Origin: Colwellia polaris
GTDB lineage: Archaea; Nanohalarchaeota; Nanosalinia; Nanosalinales; Nanosalinaceae
Assembly: GCA_047617785.1 (NCBI GenBank)
Contig: JBLGBK010000011.1
Span: 1 to 22,621, forward strand
Length of the DNA: 22,621 bases
Direction: 5' to 3'
Shown here: positions 8,008-16,388 of the stretch, piece after piece
Numbering within the stretch: the stretch's first letter is position 1
Layout of the letters: every line of letters begins with the position of its first letter
Notes under the pieces: generated by a model
Databases searched by the model: none
Told to the model about the DNA's origin: nothing
The model's input: the letters and a program-made list of their open reading frames with translations, nothing else
Translations under genes and position numbers: made by a program

Positions 8008-9252
8008 GTGGATACGAAAGACTCTATAGATTATCTTGCAAAACCTTCAAACATTGACACAGTTGTTCTTCTATACTCGGGTGGCCTGGACACCTCCATA
8101 ATGGTCAAGTATATCCAGGAGGAGTACGATGCGGATGTCGTAACGCTGACGCTTGATCTCGGTCAGCCAGGCGTTGATTTAGAAGCCACAAAAGAGAAAG
8201 CACTGGATATCGGAGCCGAGGAAGCAGTCGTGGTTAATGCCAAGGAAGACTTTGCTAACAAGTTTATAGCCAAAAGTATCAAAGCGAACGGACTTTATCA
8301 GGGAGAATATCCTCTTTCCACTGCGATTGCAAGATATCTGGTATGTGAGAAAGCAGTCGAGGTGGTTGATGATATAGGTGCAGACGCAATTGCTCATGGA
8401 GCGACAGGAAAAGGAAATGACCAGGTGCGTTTCGAGGCAGGTATTCTAAGTCTTGATTCCGACATCAAGCTGCTGGCTCCTGTACGTGAGTGGAGCATGA
8501 CTCGTGACAAGGAACTAGAGTATGCCGAAAAGCATGGAATATCTGTAGAAGCATCGGAAGGCTCGCCTTACTCTACAGATGAGAACCTCTGGGGTAAGAG
8601 CAGTGAATGCGGACCTCTAGAAGATCCTGCAAACGAGCCACCTGAGGAGGTTTTCCAGTTCGTAACGCCTCCGGAGGAAGCTCCCGACAAACCTGAATAT
8701 GTTGAGATAGGGTTTAAGAACGGGGAGCCTGAATCCTTGAATGGTGATGAACTTCCGCTTCATGAACTGATTCAGAAGTTAAACTATGTGGCGGGTAAAC
8801 ACGGCGTAGGGATTATCGACATGATGGAGGATCGTGTTGTTGGTTTGAAGTCCCGTGAGGTCTATGAATGTCCTGCAGCGGTAACCCTTATCGAGGCTCA
8901 CCAAGAACTGGAAAAGTTGGTGTCAACCAAGCACGAGAACCAGATAAAACAGTATGTGGATAAGAAATGGGCTGAACACGCATACAACGGCCTCTGGTTC
9001 GATCCCATAATGAATCATCTTGACAGCTTCATTGAATCTATGAATCAGAATGTATCAGGTAAAGTCGAGCTGAAGCTGTACAAGGGGAGCGTAAAAGTCA
9101 CAGGACGTGAATCAGAATCAGCTCTATATGAACATGAATTAGCTAGTTACGAAGAGGGAGAAACCTTTAATCAAGAGGCTTCCCCCGGGTTTATCCAGCT
9201 TCATTCACTTCAAACCAAGCTCAGCAACGAGATCAATGGAGGTGAGAAATAG
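8008..9252 (+). CDS. argG: Argininosuccinate synthase
   Basis: YSGGLDTS, HGATGKGNDQVRFE, YSTDENLWG, DRVVGLKSREVYE. Start is ambiguous (see findings). Confidence 0.97.
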   Translation: MDTKDSIDYLAKPSNIDTVVLLYSGGLDTSIMVKYIQEEYDADVVTLTLDLGQPGVDLEATKEKALDIGAEEAVVVNAKEDFANKFIAKSIKANGLYQGEYPLSTAIARYLVCEKAVEVVDDIGADAIAHGATGKGNDQVRFEAGILSLDSDIKLLAPVREWSMTRDKELEYAEKHGISVEASEGSPYSTDENLWGKSSECGPLEDPANEPPEEVFQFVTPPEEAPDKPEYVEIGFKNGEPESLNGDELPLHELIQKLNYVAGKHGVGIIDMMEDRVVGLKSREVYECPAAVTLIEAHQELEKLVSTKHENQIKQYVDKKWAEHAYNGLWFDPIMNHLDSFIESMNQNVSGKVELKLYKGSVKVTGRESESALYEHELASYEEGETFNQEASPGFIQLHSLQTKLSNEINGGEK

Positions 9253-10503
9253 ATGCTTTGGGAGACAGCGGAAGACTCAACCAACTCCAAGACAATGCAG
9301 TTTACGACTGAGCAAGAAGGTATTGAGCAGAAGATGTTACCTTATGACATACTCGGAAATCTGGCGCATGTCAAAATGCTCAAGCAGCAAGAATATATGA
9401 CACAGGAAGAACTTGAAATAGTAGAAAAGGAGCTGAAGCAGCTTTATGACTACAATGGGAAAATAGAGGCTGAAGACGTGCATACGTTTGTCGAGGAAAA
9501 AGTAACGGAGAAAACAGATGCTGGTAAAAAGATACACACCGGACGTTCACGTAATGACCAGGTATTTCTCGATACCCGATTGCTGATGAAGGATTCGAGT
9601 ATTCATATAGCAGAGAAAACCTTGGAGCTAATTAAGACGATAGAAGGTTTTGCAGAGGAGAAAAATCAGTTGATGCCGGGCTACACCCATCAACAGCAGG
9701 CAATGCCTTCAAGTACAGGTCTTTGGGCCTCCAGCTTTGCAGATGCACTTGTCGATGATCTCAAGTTGTTGAAGGGAAGTTATCAGATATTTGATCAAAA
9801 TCCGCTTGGTGCTGCAGCTTCATATGGAACAAGTTTAGACATAGATCGGGAGAAGACTAAGGATTTACTGGGATTCAATTCAGTACAAGAGAACCCGATT
9901 TACTGCGGGAGTCGTGGGAAACATGAGTTGATGCTCGTTCAGGCATTAAACCACATGATGATGGACTTGCAGAAGATGGCTGAGGACATAATTAACTTCT
10001 CCGAAGATCAGCAGGTATTCGAGCTGCCGGATGAATTCTGCACAGGTTCAAGCATCATGCCGCAGAAGAAAAACCCTGACACACTGGAAATGGTTCGAGC
10101 CAAGGCAGAGGAATTAAACGCCTCAACACAGGCCATACATGGGGTTATATCGAAGCTGCCTTCAGGATATAACAAAGACTCTCAGCAGACCAAGAAACAC
10201 CTGGTCAAGTCCATAGAGACAGTCATCGAGACACTAGAGATAACGACTGCCTTGATCTCCGAGCTGGAGATTTCCGACAATTTTGAGATCAAGGATGAGG
10301 TTTACGCTGCATACACAGCCAACCAAGAAGTAGAACGGGATATCCCTTTCCGAGATGCTTATATGCAGGTGAAGAAAAGTGAAGAATACGAAAAATCTAC
10401 GAAAATCAAAGAACCAAAGATGCAATCTTGCTCAGAAATTGAGAGCTACTGGGAAGCGCAGAAACAGCGATTTAATACCGCAAAAGAAAATCTTCTACAA
10501 TAA
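9253..10503 (+). CDS. argH: Argininosuccinate lyase (short form, 416 aa)
   Basis: HTGRSRNDQ, MPGYTH, GSSIMPQKKNPD, LPSGYNKD; RBS GGAGGTGA 9238-9245; ATG immediately follows the argG stop. Confidence 0.96.
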   Translation: MLWETAEDSTNSKTMQFTTEQEGIEQKMLPYDILGNLAHVKMLKQQEYMTQEELEIVEKELKQLYDYNGKIEAEDVHTFVEEKVTEKTDAGKKIHTGRSRNDQVFLDTRLLMKDSSIHIAEKTLELIKTIEGFAEEKNQLMPGYTHQQQAMPSSTGLWASSFADALVDDLKLLKGSYQIFDQNPLGAAASYGTSLDIDREKTKDLLGFNSVQENPIYCGSRGKHELMLVQALNHMMMDLQKMAEDIINFSEDQQVFELPDEFCTGSSIMPQKKNPDTLEMVRAKAEELNASTQAIHGVISKLPSGYNKDSQQTKKHLVKSIETVIETLEITTALISELEISDNFEIKDEVYAAYTANQEVERDIPFRDAYMQVKKSEEYEKSTKIKEPKMQSCSEIESYWEAQKQRFNTAKENLLQ

Positions 10504-10527
10504 TAATCAAAAAAGAGGACAGCTGTC

Positions 10528-10794
10528 ATGAAGCTAGATAAGATAAAGAAGCAGCTTGCTGGACAACTCTCAGAAATCTTAAACCACAAAGTAGAAGAAC
10601 AGGAGCTAGAAGTTCCAGGTACGGAATACGGAGATCTGGCTTTCCCTGCTATGAAGGTAGCAGCCCAGAAAGAAATCGGAGTAGGTGACTTCCTGGAGAA
10701 AGTAGAGAAGCAACTGGAACTACCAGAAGTTAAGGATGTGAAGCTGGAAGGCCCTGGCTACATTAACTTCTATCTTGACCGAGCTGAGAGTTGA
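10528..10794 (+). pseudogene. argS: Stand-alone N-terminal (Add1) domain of arginyl-tRNA synthetase; truncated argS or small independent protein
   Basis: EVP...YGDLAFPAMKVA...GPGYINFYLD is the ArgRS N-domain pattern. The stop comes just after it, with no HIGH catalytic domain, and the convergent gene ends 17 bp later. Confidence 0.8.
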
Positions 10795-10811
10795 AAGATA
10801 TCAGCGTTTTC

Positions 10812-11408
10812 TTATTCTAAGTGTGCGGTATCGTTTAGCCTGACTAGTTTCCAACCATGTTTATCGTCGTATTCAAGTCCTGTTAGACCTGTATTACCGA
10901 GATCTATCTTGCTGTAGTACTCTCCGCTGAGATCCAGGATTTCAAGTACTGTAGCCTTTATTGCCACACTGTGCCCGCCAACCAATACTTTATCACTCTC
11001 ATTATGCAGGTCTTGTAGCTCATCTAGTTTTCCAACGAATCTCTCGCCGACCTCCTTTAGACTTTCACCGTCTTCAGGCGTCAGATTGTGTCTCTTTCCA
11101 TCATGGTTTCTTACTACTTCTCTCCAGTCATCCTTAGGTCGTCCTTCATATTCTCCAAATGCTCGTTCGCGCAACTCTTTGTACTTTTCAGGGTGCAAAC
11201 CGTGTTTATCTGCTATAATCTTTGCAGTCTCATAGGTCCTTTCAAGATCGCTGGAATAAGCAGCATCAAAATCGTAGCTCTCAAGCCTTTCAGCTGCTTT
11301 TTCTGCCTGTTCAACTCCATACTTATTCAGACCAACATCTAGTTGGCCGGTAATGGCATCATCTTTGTTGTGTTCTGTCTCCCCATGGCGTACGAGAATA
11401 ACCTGCAT
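10812..11408 (-). CDS. Histidine phosphatase (phosphoglycerate-mutase-like) family protein
   Basis: VRHGET, YSSDLERTYETA, LRERAFGEYEG, GGHS, NDTAHL. ATG 11408 preferred over TTG 11417. Confidence 0.92.
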   Translation of the reverse strand: MQVILVRHGETEHNKDDAITGQLDVGLNKYGVEQAEKAAERLESYDFDAAYSSDLERTYETAKIIADKHGLHPEKYKELRERAFGEYEGRPKDDWREVVRNHDGKRHNLTPEDGESLKEVGERFVGKLDELQDLHNESDKVLVGGHSVAIKATVLEILDLSGEYYSKIDLGNTGLTGLEYDDKHGWKLVRLNDTAHLE

Positions 11409-11514
11409 GAGAGACAATTAGAACCCCAAATCCTAAATTTTAAGCGGTAAATTTCTGAAGGAATGAGTTTGAATGACAAACGTTTTGATTGTACATGTGT
11501 AACAATTGAGGTGA

Positions 11515-12525
11515 ATGGCTTCGCCTGGTAAACAGATAATTGAAGATGCACGTGTTCTCACAGCTGACTATCTGCCGAATAGCATGGTACACAGAGATAA
11601 CGAACGGCAGGAAATCGCGCGCAACCTCAGGCCTGTACTGCAGGAGGGACAACCACTTAACATGCTTGTACATGGGCCTCCAGGAACAGGAAAGACAGCT
11701 ATGGCGCGATATGTTGTTGAAGAACTGAAGAAAGAAACCTTTGTCAAAACACCGTACGTCAACTGCTTCAGCCAGAAAAGCCGATTCGAAATATTCTACA
11801 AACTACTCGGTAAAAAAGCAACAGTGCCGCGCGATGGAACTAGCACAGAAAAAGTAATCGATCTATTCGAAAAAGATGTACGAAAGAACCCTACAGTTAT
11901 CACTATCGACGAGGTTGATCAGATAGCAGATGACGATGTACTGTTTGAGATTTCACGTTTCCAAAAAGCAGGTCTGATACTAATTGCTAACAGTCCAAAC
12001 GCACTCGCTAACTTCGATGATCGTGTACGCAGCCGGTTATCAGGCATGAAGAAAGTCCGGTTCAAACGCTACAGCTCTGATCAACTATTCGATATACTGA
12101 AGGAGCGCAGAGAATATGGGTTATATCCTGATACTATCTCGGATGATCAACTAAAAACTATATCTGGCAATGCCAGTGGAGACGCACGCATGGCTTTGAA
12201 CAGCCTGCGTATCGCAGTGCAGGATGCAGAGAATCAGGGTTTGGAACAAGTTACAGATGAAATAATCGATCAGAGCATAACTGACTCGCAGGATCAGGAC
12301 AGAATAGAATCACTGGAACGACTGAACCGCCACCAGAAATCAGTCTACAACCTCTTGCAGGAGGAAGACAATCTGAAGATGAGCGAACTATACTCTCTGT
12401 ACCAAGAAGAAGTCGATAATCCAAAGACTAAACGGACATTACGGCGGTATCTGAATAAAATGGAGGCATACGAGTTGATTTCGAGTAGAGGAGAGAAAAG
12501 CGGTAAAATCTATTATCTGGAATAA
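11515..12525 (+). CDS. cdc6: Orc1/Cdc6 family replication initiator (AAA+ with C-terminal wHTH)
   Basis: YLPNSMVHRD, Walker A GPPGTGKT, YVNC, Walker B ITIDEVD, SRL Arg finger, GDAR sensor 2, C-terminal wHTH. Confidence 0.95.
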   Translation: MASPGKQIIEDARVLTADYLPNSMVHRDNERQEIARNLRPVLQEGQPLNMLVHGPPGTGKTAMARYVVEELKKETFVKTPYVNCFSQKSRFEIFYKLLGKKATVPRDGTSTEKVIDLFEKDVRKNPTVITIDEVDQIADDDVLFEISRFQKAGLILIANSPNALANFDDRVRSRLSGMKKVRFKRYSSDQLFDILKERREYGLYPDTISDDQLKTISGNASGDARMALNSLRIAVQDAENQGLEQVTDEIIDQSITDSQDQDRIESLERLNRHQKSVYNLLQEEDNLKMSELYSLYQEEVDNPKTKRTLRRYLNKMEAYELISSRGEKSGKIYYLE

Positions 12526-12593
12526 CTATTATCTCAGATTTGGTTTCCCACAGATTGTAAAATTAGAACTCATTAGGAGCCAAGATCAACAAG

Positions 12594-12749
12594 TCTAGGT
12601 CTCCGAGGAGAATCAAGTTCTCCCTGAGCAGGTCTTCCGGTAGATCTCACAAATCCACTGGTGACCTTAACAGTAGAAGAGACCTGAACAGTTAAGTAAT
12701 GATTAACTGTACAGAACCTAGAAAGCAGTAGGTCTTTTTTCCTGCTTTC
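12594..12749. other. Nested inverted-repeat element (candidate structured RNA, terminator or origin-associated element)
   Basis: Six stems found by eye, listed in findings; function unknown. Confidence 0.45.
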
Positions 12750-12756
12750 AGAGGCT

Positions 12757-12984
12757 CTAATTATTGGAACTTTTTCCCAAGATTCTGTAAATGACGCATT
12801 TTCGGGTGTATCCTGTAACTATAAGAGCCAGTCCGATAAATGTCAGCAGAACCGATGTAAGAGCTTGCGGGAGAACATTTGCTAAGGGGACTAAGCCTGC
12901 GTAACCTGCAGCACCTAGTACAATCAGGAATACTCCTACGGTGATTCTTATTTTCCTATCCTTATGACTCACATTTTTCTTCAT
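12757..12984 (-). CDS. DUF2892 / YgaP-like two-TM membrane protein
   Basis: MKKNV..DR.IR..G ... TG....C.IY..LG pattern. Confidence 0.88.
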   Translation of the reverse strand: MKKNVSHKDRKIRITVGVFLIVLGAAGYAGLVPLANVLPQALTSVLLTFIGLALIVTGYTRKCVIYRILGKSSNN

Positions 12985-13008
12985 TATTAATCACTTGGAA
13001 TAAGAGAT

Positions 13009-13263
13009 CTAGTTGATCTCCAAATTTTCATCTTTGACGGTTTTAGACCATTCTACCTCTATCTCGATGGAGATATCGCCATCTTCTTCCTCTTCGACCT
13101 CTATCTCGAACTCTACTTGTTCAGCAGGATTGAGTTTTACTGAGTTGTCTCCTGACTTCAGATTTATTTCTCCCTCCGCGATCTTATCAGCGAGGCCGTG
13201 AATTTTCTCAGAAGCGTCTTCTCTGCTCATCTTGTTTTCAGTCTTCAGTATTTTTGGTGACAT
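13009..13263 (-). CDS. Amphi-Trp domain protein
   Basis: MSREDASEKIHGLADKI amphipathic helix, V.FEIEVEE and SIEIEVEW with the conserved C-terminal Trp. Confidence 0.88.
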   Translation of the reverse strand: MSPKILKTENKMSREDASEKIHGLADKIAEGEINLKSGDNSVKLNPAEQVEFEIEVEEEEDGDISIEIEVEWSKTVKDENLEIN

Positions 13264-13391
13264 ACTATACTATTGGAGGGCAATTGACTTATCATTTGCC
13301 TTTTATTCCTATTGTTTCGGACATGTCGGACAGTCGAGAATCGGTTTATTAGGGGTTGAGTGGTAATTAGCGGTTACGAGGTGAAGATTAT

Positions 13392-13499
13392 ATGAGGACA
13401 GATTCTTATCGGACTGCTGATAGTGTGCCGCATTATATTCCATTGGATTTGCTGGATGAAAATCAGGAAAGTAGGCTTTTCGGTTTTCTACGTCTTTGA
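13392..13499 (+). CDS. Unannotated 35-aa small protein
   Basis: MRTDSYRTADSVPHYIPLDLLDENQESRLFGFLRL; strong RBS GAGGTGA 13378-13384, 7 nt before ATG; co-oriented with the downstream wHTH gene. Confidence 0.5.
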   Translation: MRTDSYRTADSVPHYIPLDLLDENQESRLFGFLRL

Positions 13500-13596
13500 T
13501 TATTCTTCGCATCTCCTATCTTCTCCCTTTTCTCATTTAGGCAGTGTTATTAAATTCTAGTAAGTCTCATGTTTGTTGTATCGAGGAGTTTTGATA

Positions 13597-13950
13597 GTGT
13601 CGGAACAAATTTACAGTGATGTAAAGCAGCAGGTTGTGAAGGCTAAAGATATGAATGAGCGGAAGTTCAAGTATCTCTCAGATAACTTTTACGTTGTTCG
13701 TTCCGCGCTACGTTATTTCTCTGTTAAACAAGGTCGCCCGCTCACCTCTTCCAAGCTTTCTGATAATTTTCCATTGACTGCTCCGATCGCAGGTTCGTGC
13801 CTTGACATGCTGGATCAACTGGATGTTGTTGAAAAACGTACTGAGTCAAATTCACCGCATGTATATATGCCGGAGAAAGTTGATATGGCGCGTCTTGAGT
13901 CGGTTGAACAGGTTCTGAAGGACAACTACGAGATAGATGAGTATTACTGA
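13597..13950 (+). CDS. Hypothetical protein, probable winged-helix DNA-binding fold
   Basis: LTSSKLSDNFPLTAPIAGSCLDMLDQLDVVEKR...HVY fits an HTH plus wing; GTG 13597 follows GAGGAG 13583-13588. Confidence 0.7.
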   Translation: MSEQIYSDVKQQVVKAKDMNERKFKYLSDNFYVVRSALRYFSVKQGRPLTSSKLSDNFPLTAPIAGSCLDMLDQLDVVEKRTESNSPHVYMPEKVDMARLESVEQVLKDNYEIDEYY

Positions 13951-14011
13951 ACGTCTCTTTGATTAATTGTAAAACCGTACAAAGCATATTTTATACAGAG
14001 GGTGTACCGAC

Positions 14012-15259
14012 ATGAATATTTTACAGAAGCTACAGCAGATATTCTCCAGCAATGAAACAGAAGAACCAGGTGAGGAGCTCGTTCTGAAACCGAAAGAAGC
14101 TGTAGAAATGGTTGAAAAAACTTCTGAGGAGAAACTGCAGAAGATAGAAGACAGAGAGCAACATTTAATCTCTGAAACCGACCGACTGCTTGATGGACTG
14201 AGAGACAACCTGGGTAAAGTAGATGAATACGAAGATATTGACGGAATCAAAGCAGCGGAGGATATCGCCGAAAGCTTCTACAACTCCCGTAAAATAATGA
14301 TTGAAAACTTCAATCCAGAAGAAAACTCGGAAAGCTATCAAGAAGAACTACAGAAGTTCCTAGAAGAGTTCAACGATGTAGACAGAAAAGAGAAAGCACT
14401 GATGGACAGAATGAAAAGCGATGTAGCCGGTATAGCACAGAACGTTCAGAACCTCGATGAAGCGCTAGCAGACCTAGATGAATTCAATAACAACGCGCTC
14501 AACTACCGAAAAGATGTGGAAAAACTGAGAAACCAATACTCGCAGCTTGAAGAACTACAGAATAAGAAAGAAGATGCTGAAGAAAAGCTGGAAAAAACAG
14601 AAGACGAACTTGAACAACTAGCTGATGAAGTCAACGAGGTGGAGGAAACTATTCAAGATCTAGAGCAAGGCGAAGAATGGAAGAAGCGTGAAGAACTTGA
14701 GAAAGAGATTGAGCAGTTGAATTCTGATAGAAAGCAAATCGAAAAGCGGCTTTCCAGTGCTGTTTCTAACTTGGATAGAGGCTTAAAGAAGCTGATCTAT
14801 CAGATCGAAAACCGGGGGTTGGAATTTGACGGCAGCAAAGCGAATTTGGTTAATTTAAGAGATGAGAACTTCACCGAACTTGAAAGGATGAATGATGACT
14901 TGAAATTAGCAGAGAAGAAGATCGAAAAAGATGAAATATTAACTGGTAGACAGCTAGATGACTTTAAGGACCAGGTAAGTGAAGAAATTAGCTTTGTTTC
15001 CGAAGCTAAAGATATGACTGAATTAAACCAGGAAATACAGGGGCTTAGGGAAGAAATCGATAATTTTGAAGTCGTAGAAAAGAAATCAGGTCTTGAAGAG
15101 AGGATTGAAAAACTTGAAAATAAACGCGATAAACTGAAAGATCAACTGGAAGCTTATCGAAGGAGTAAAGAAGATTCATATGAAAAGATAGAAGGTAAAA
15201 AGGAAGAAATCGGCAGGCAAGCGCAGAAATTACTTCAGAAAAAGGTAAAGATAAAGTAA
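14012..15259 (+). CDS. Long coiled-coil protein (no ATPase motifs)
   Basis: E/K/L/Q-rich heptad pattern over most of 415 aa; no Walker A/B. Confidence 0.8.
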   Translation: MNILQKLQQIFSSNETEEPGEELVLKPKEAVEMVEKTSEEKLQKIEDREQHLISETDRLLDGLRDNLGKVDEYEDIDGIKAAEDIAESFYNSRKIMIENFNPEENSESYQEELQKFLEEFNDVDRKEKALMDRMKSDVAGIAQNVQNLDEALADLDEFNNNALNYRKDVEKLRNQYSQLEELQNKKEDAEEKLEKTEDELEQLADEVNEVEETIQDLEQGEEWKKREELEKEIEQLNSDRKQIEKRLSSAVSNLDRGLKKLIYQIENRGLEFDGSKANLVNLRDENFTELERMNDDLKLAEKKIEKDEILTGRQLDDFKDQVSEEISFVSEAKDMTELNQEIQGLREEIDNFEVVEKKSGLEERIEKLENKRDKLKDQLEAYRRSKEDSYEKIEGKKEEIGRQAQKLLQKKVKIK

Positions 15260-15315
15260 TACTATTTTTGAAGACTTTCATTAAGATTTTATACTTTCGC
15301 CCCGATTAGTTAACC

Positions 15316-15468
15316 ATGAGACCTGACTATAGAGTGAATGGGGTTCCTTGCTACGAAATTGACTCCGAAAAGGACTTGGATCATCTGCCAGAACATCTGA
15401 AGAAGTTGGCGACAGTCGGAGAAAGAGATGGAAATAAGGTTGTAGCCAAGATACCGCGTTTCACGTAA
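15316..15468 (+). CDS. Unannotated 50-aa small protein, probably leaderless
   Basis: MRPDYRVNGVPCYEIDSEKDLDHLPEHLKKLATVGERDGNKVVAKIPRFT; TTTTATA at 15287-15293, about 25 bp upstream of ATG; T-run at 15471-15476 after the stop. Confidence 0.7.
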   Translation: MRPDYRVNGVPCYEIDSEKDLDHLPEHLKKLATVGERDGNKVVAKIPRFT

Positions 15469-15566
15469 AGTTTTTGGTGCTATTATCACAGGTTTCCTCA
15501 AGGTAACCTGGATATTTAACCAAATTAGTTTGTGTCTTTTTCTTCTAGAAGAGGTAAACTCATACT

Positions 15567-16367
15567 ATGACAGAAATACCAGAGCTAGGTCTCGGAACCT
15601 GGCAAAACACAGTTCCAGAAGAATGCGTAAAATCAGTTGAACAAGCCCTAAACATGGGTTATCGGCACATCGATACAGCCCAAGCCTATAGCAATGAAGA
15701 AGAAGTAGGAAAAGGATTGGAAGCAGCAGACGTAGAAAGACAAGACTACTTCCTAGCAACTAAAGTCTGGATCGACAACCTGGCGCACGACGACGTACTC
15801 GAAACAACAGAAGAAAGCCTGAACAAGCTCGACGTCGACAGCGTCGATCTACTATACGTTCACTGGCCAGCGAGAGCATATGACCCAGAGGAAACAATGG
15901 CTGCATTTAACCAGCTAGTTGAAGAAGAAAAAATTGACAATATCGGTGTTAGCAACTTCTCGCCTGAACAGATCGAAGAAGCACAGAAACATGCGGACAC
16001 CAAGATTCTAGCTAATCAGGTTGAAATGCATCCACTACTTCAGCAGGAAGAGCTTCTCGAGTACTGCCAGGACAACGACATGTGCCTCGTGGCCTATAGC
16101 CCTCTGGCACGCGGGAAGGTGTTTGAGGTACCTGAGATTCAAAAAATTGCTGAGAAACATAACGTATCTGAAGCACAAGTCAGTCTAGCTTGGTTAATGC
16201 AGCACGATAATGTTGTAGTTATTCCAAAAGCTTCATCTGAAGATCATATACGAGATAACTGGAACGCAAAGAATCTTGAGCTAGATGAGGAAGATATCGA
16301 AAAAATCAATTCTATTGAAAGAGAGGATCGACAGGTAGATCCAAGCTTTGGAAAAGGCTGGGACTAA
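15567..16367 (+). CDS. Aldo/keto reductase
   Basis: LGLGTW, GYRHIDTAQAYSNE, ATKVW, DLLYVHWP, IGVSNF, AYSPLARG, IPKAS. Confidence 0.96.
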   Translation: MTEIPELGLGTWQNTVPEECVKSVEQALNMGYRHIDTAQAYSNEEEVGKGLEAADVERQDYFLATKVWIDNLAHDDVLETTEESLNKLDVDSVDLLYVHWPARAYDPEETMAAFNQLVEEEKIDNIGVSNFSPEQIEEAQKHADTKILANQVEMHPLLQQEELLEYCQDNDMCLVAYSPLARGKVFEVPEIQKIAEKHNVSEAQVSLAWLMQHDNVVVIPKASSEDHIRDNWNAKNLELDEEDIEKINSIEREDRQVDPSFGKGWD

Positions 16368-16388
16368 ACTCTTTTACCGTAAAAAGCT

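Noticed and set aside
6905-10811. Intact integrative element at tRNA-Gly carrying the arg genes
   Set aside because: No integrase and no duplicated tRNA 3' end (att site) found by eye in the window.
12618-12717. Hammerhead-like arrangement (CTGAG...stem...GAAC...stem...GTA)
   Set aside because: Core does not match: CUGAGCA instead of CUGANGA and GAAC instead of GAAA.
11418-12756. Canonical ORB-containing replication origin flanking cdc6
   Set aside because: Only partial resemblance (TCTGTGGGAAAC on the minus strand near 12543-12554, TCCACTGG at 12654-12661). No repeated full ORB with G-string and no clear AT-rich unwinding element.
13309-13512. 67-aa minus-strand ORF ending in CPTC
   Set aside because: Not acidic, has a single CxxC, and overlaps a + strand ORF with a stronger RBS. 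Not fully excluded, since GGAG lies just upstream.
14012-15259. SMC/Rad50 assignment for the coiled-coil protein
   Set aside because: No Walker A/B, signature motif, hinge or Zn-hook.
15310-15501. 63-aa minus-strand ORF
   Set aside because: Antisense to the better-supported 50-aa + strand ORF; TTG start and atypical composition.
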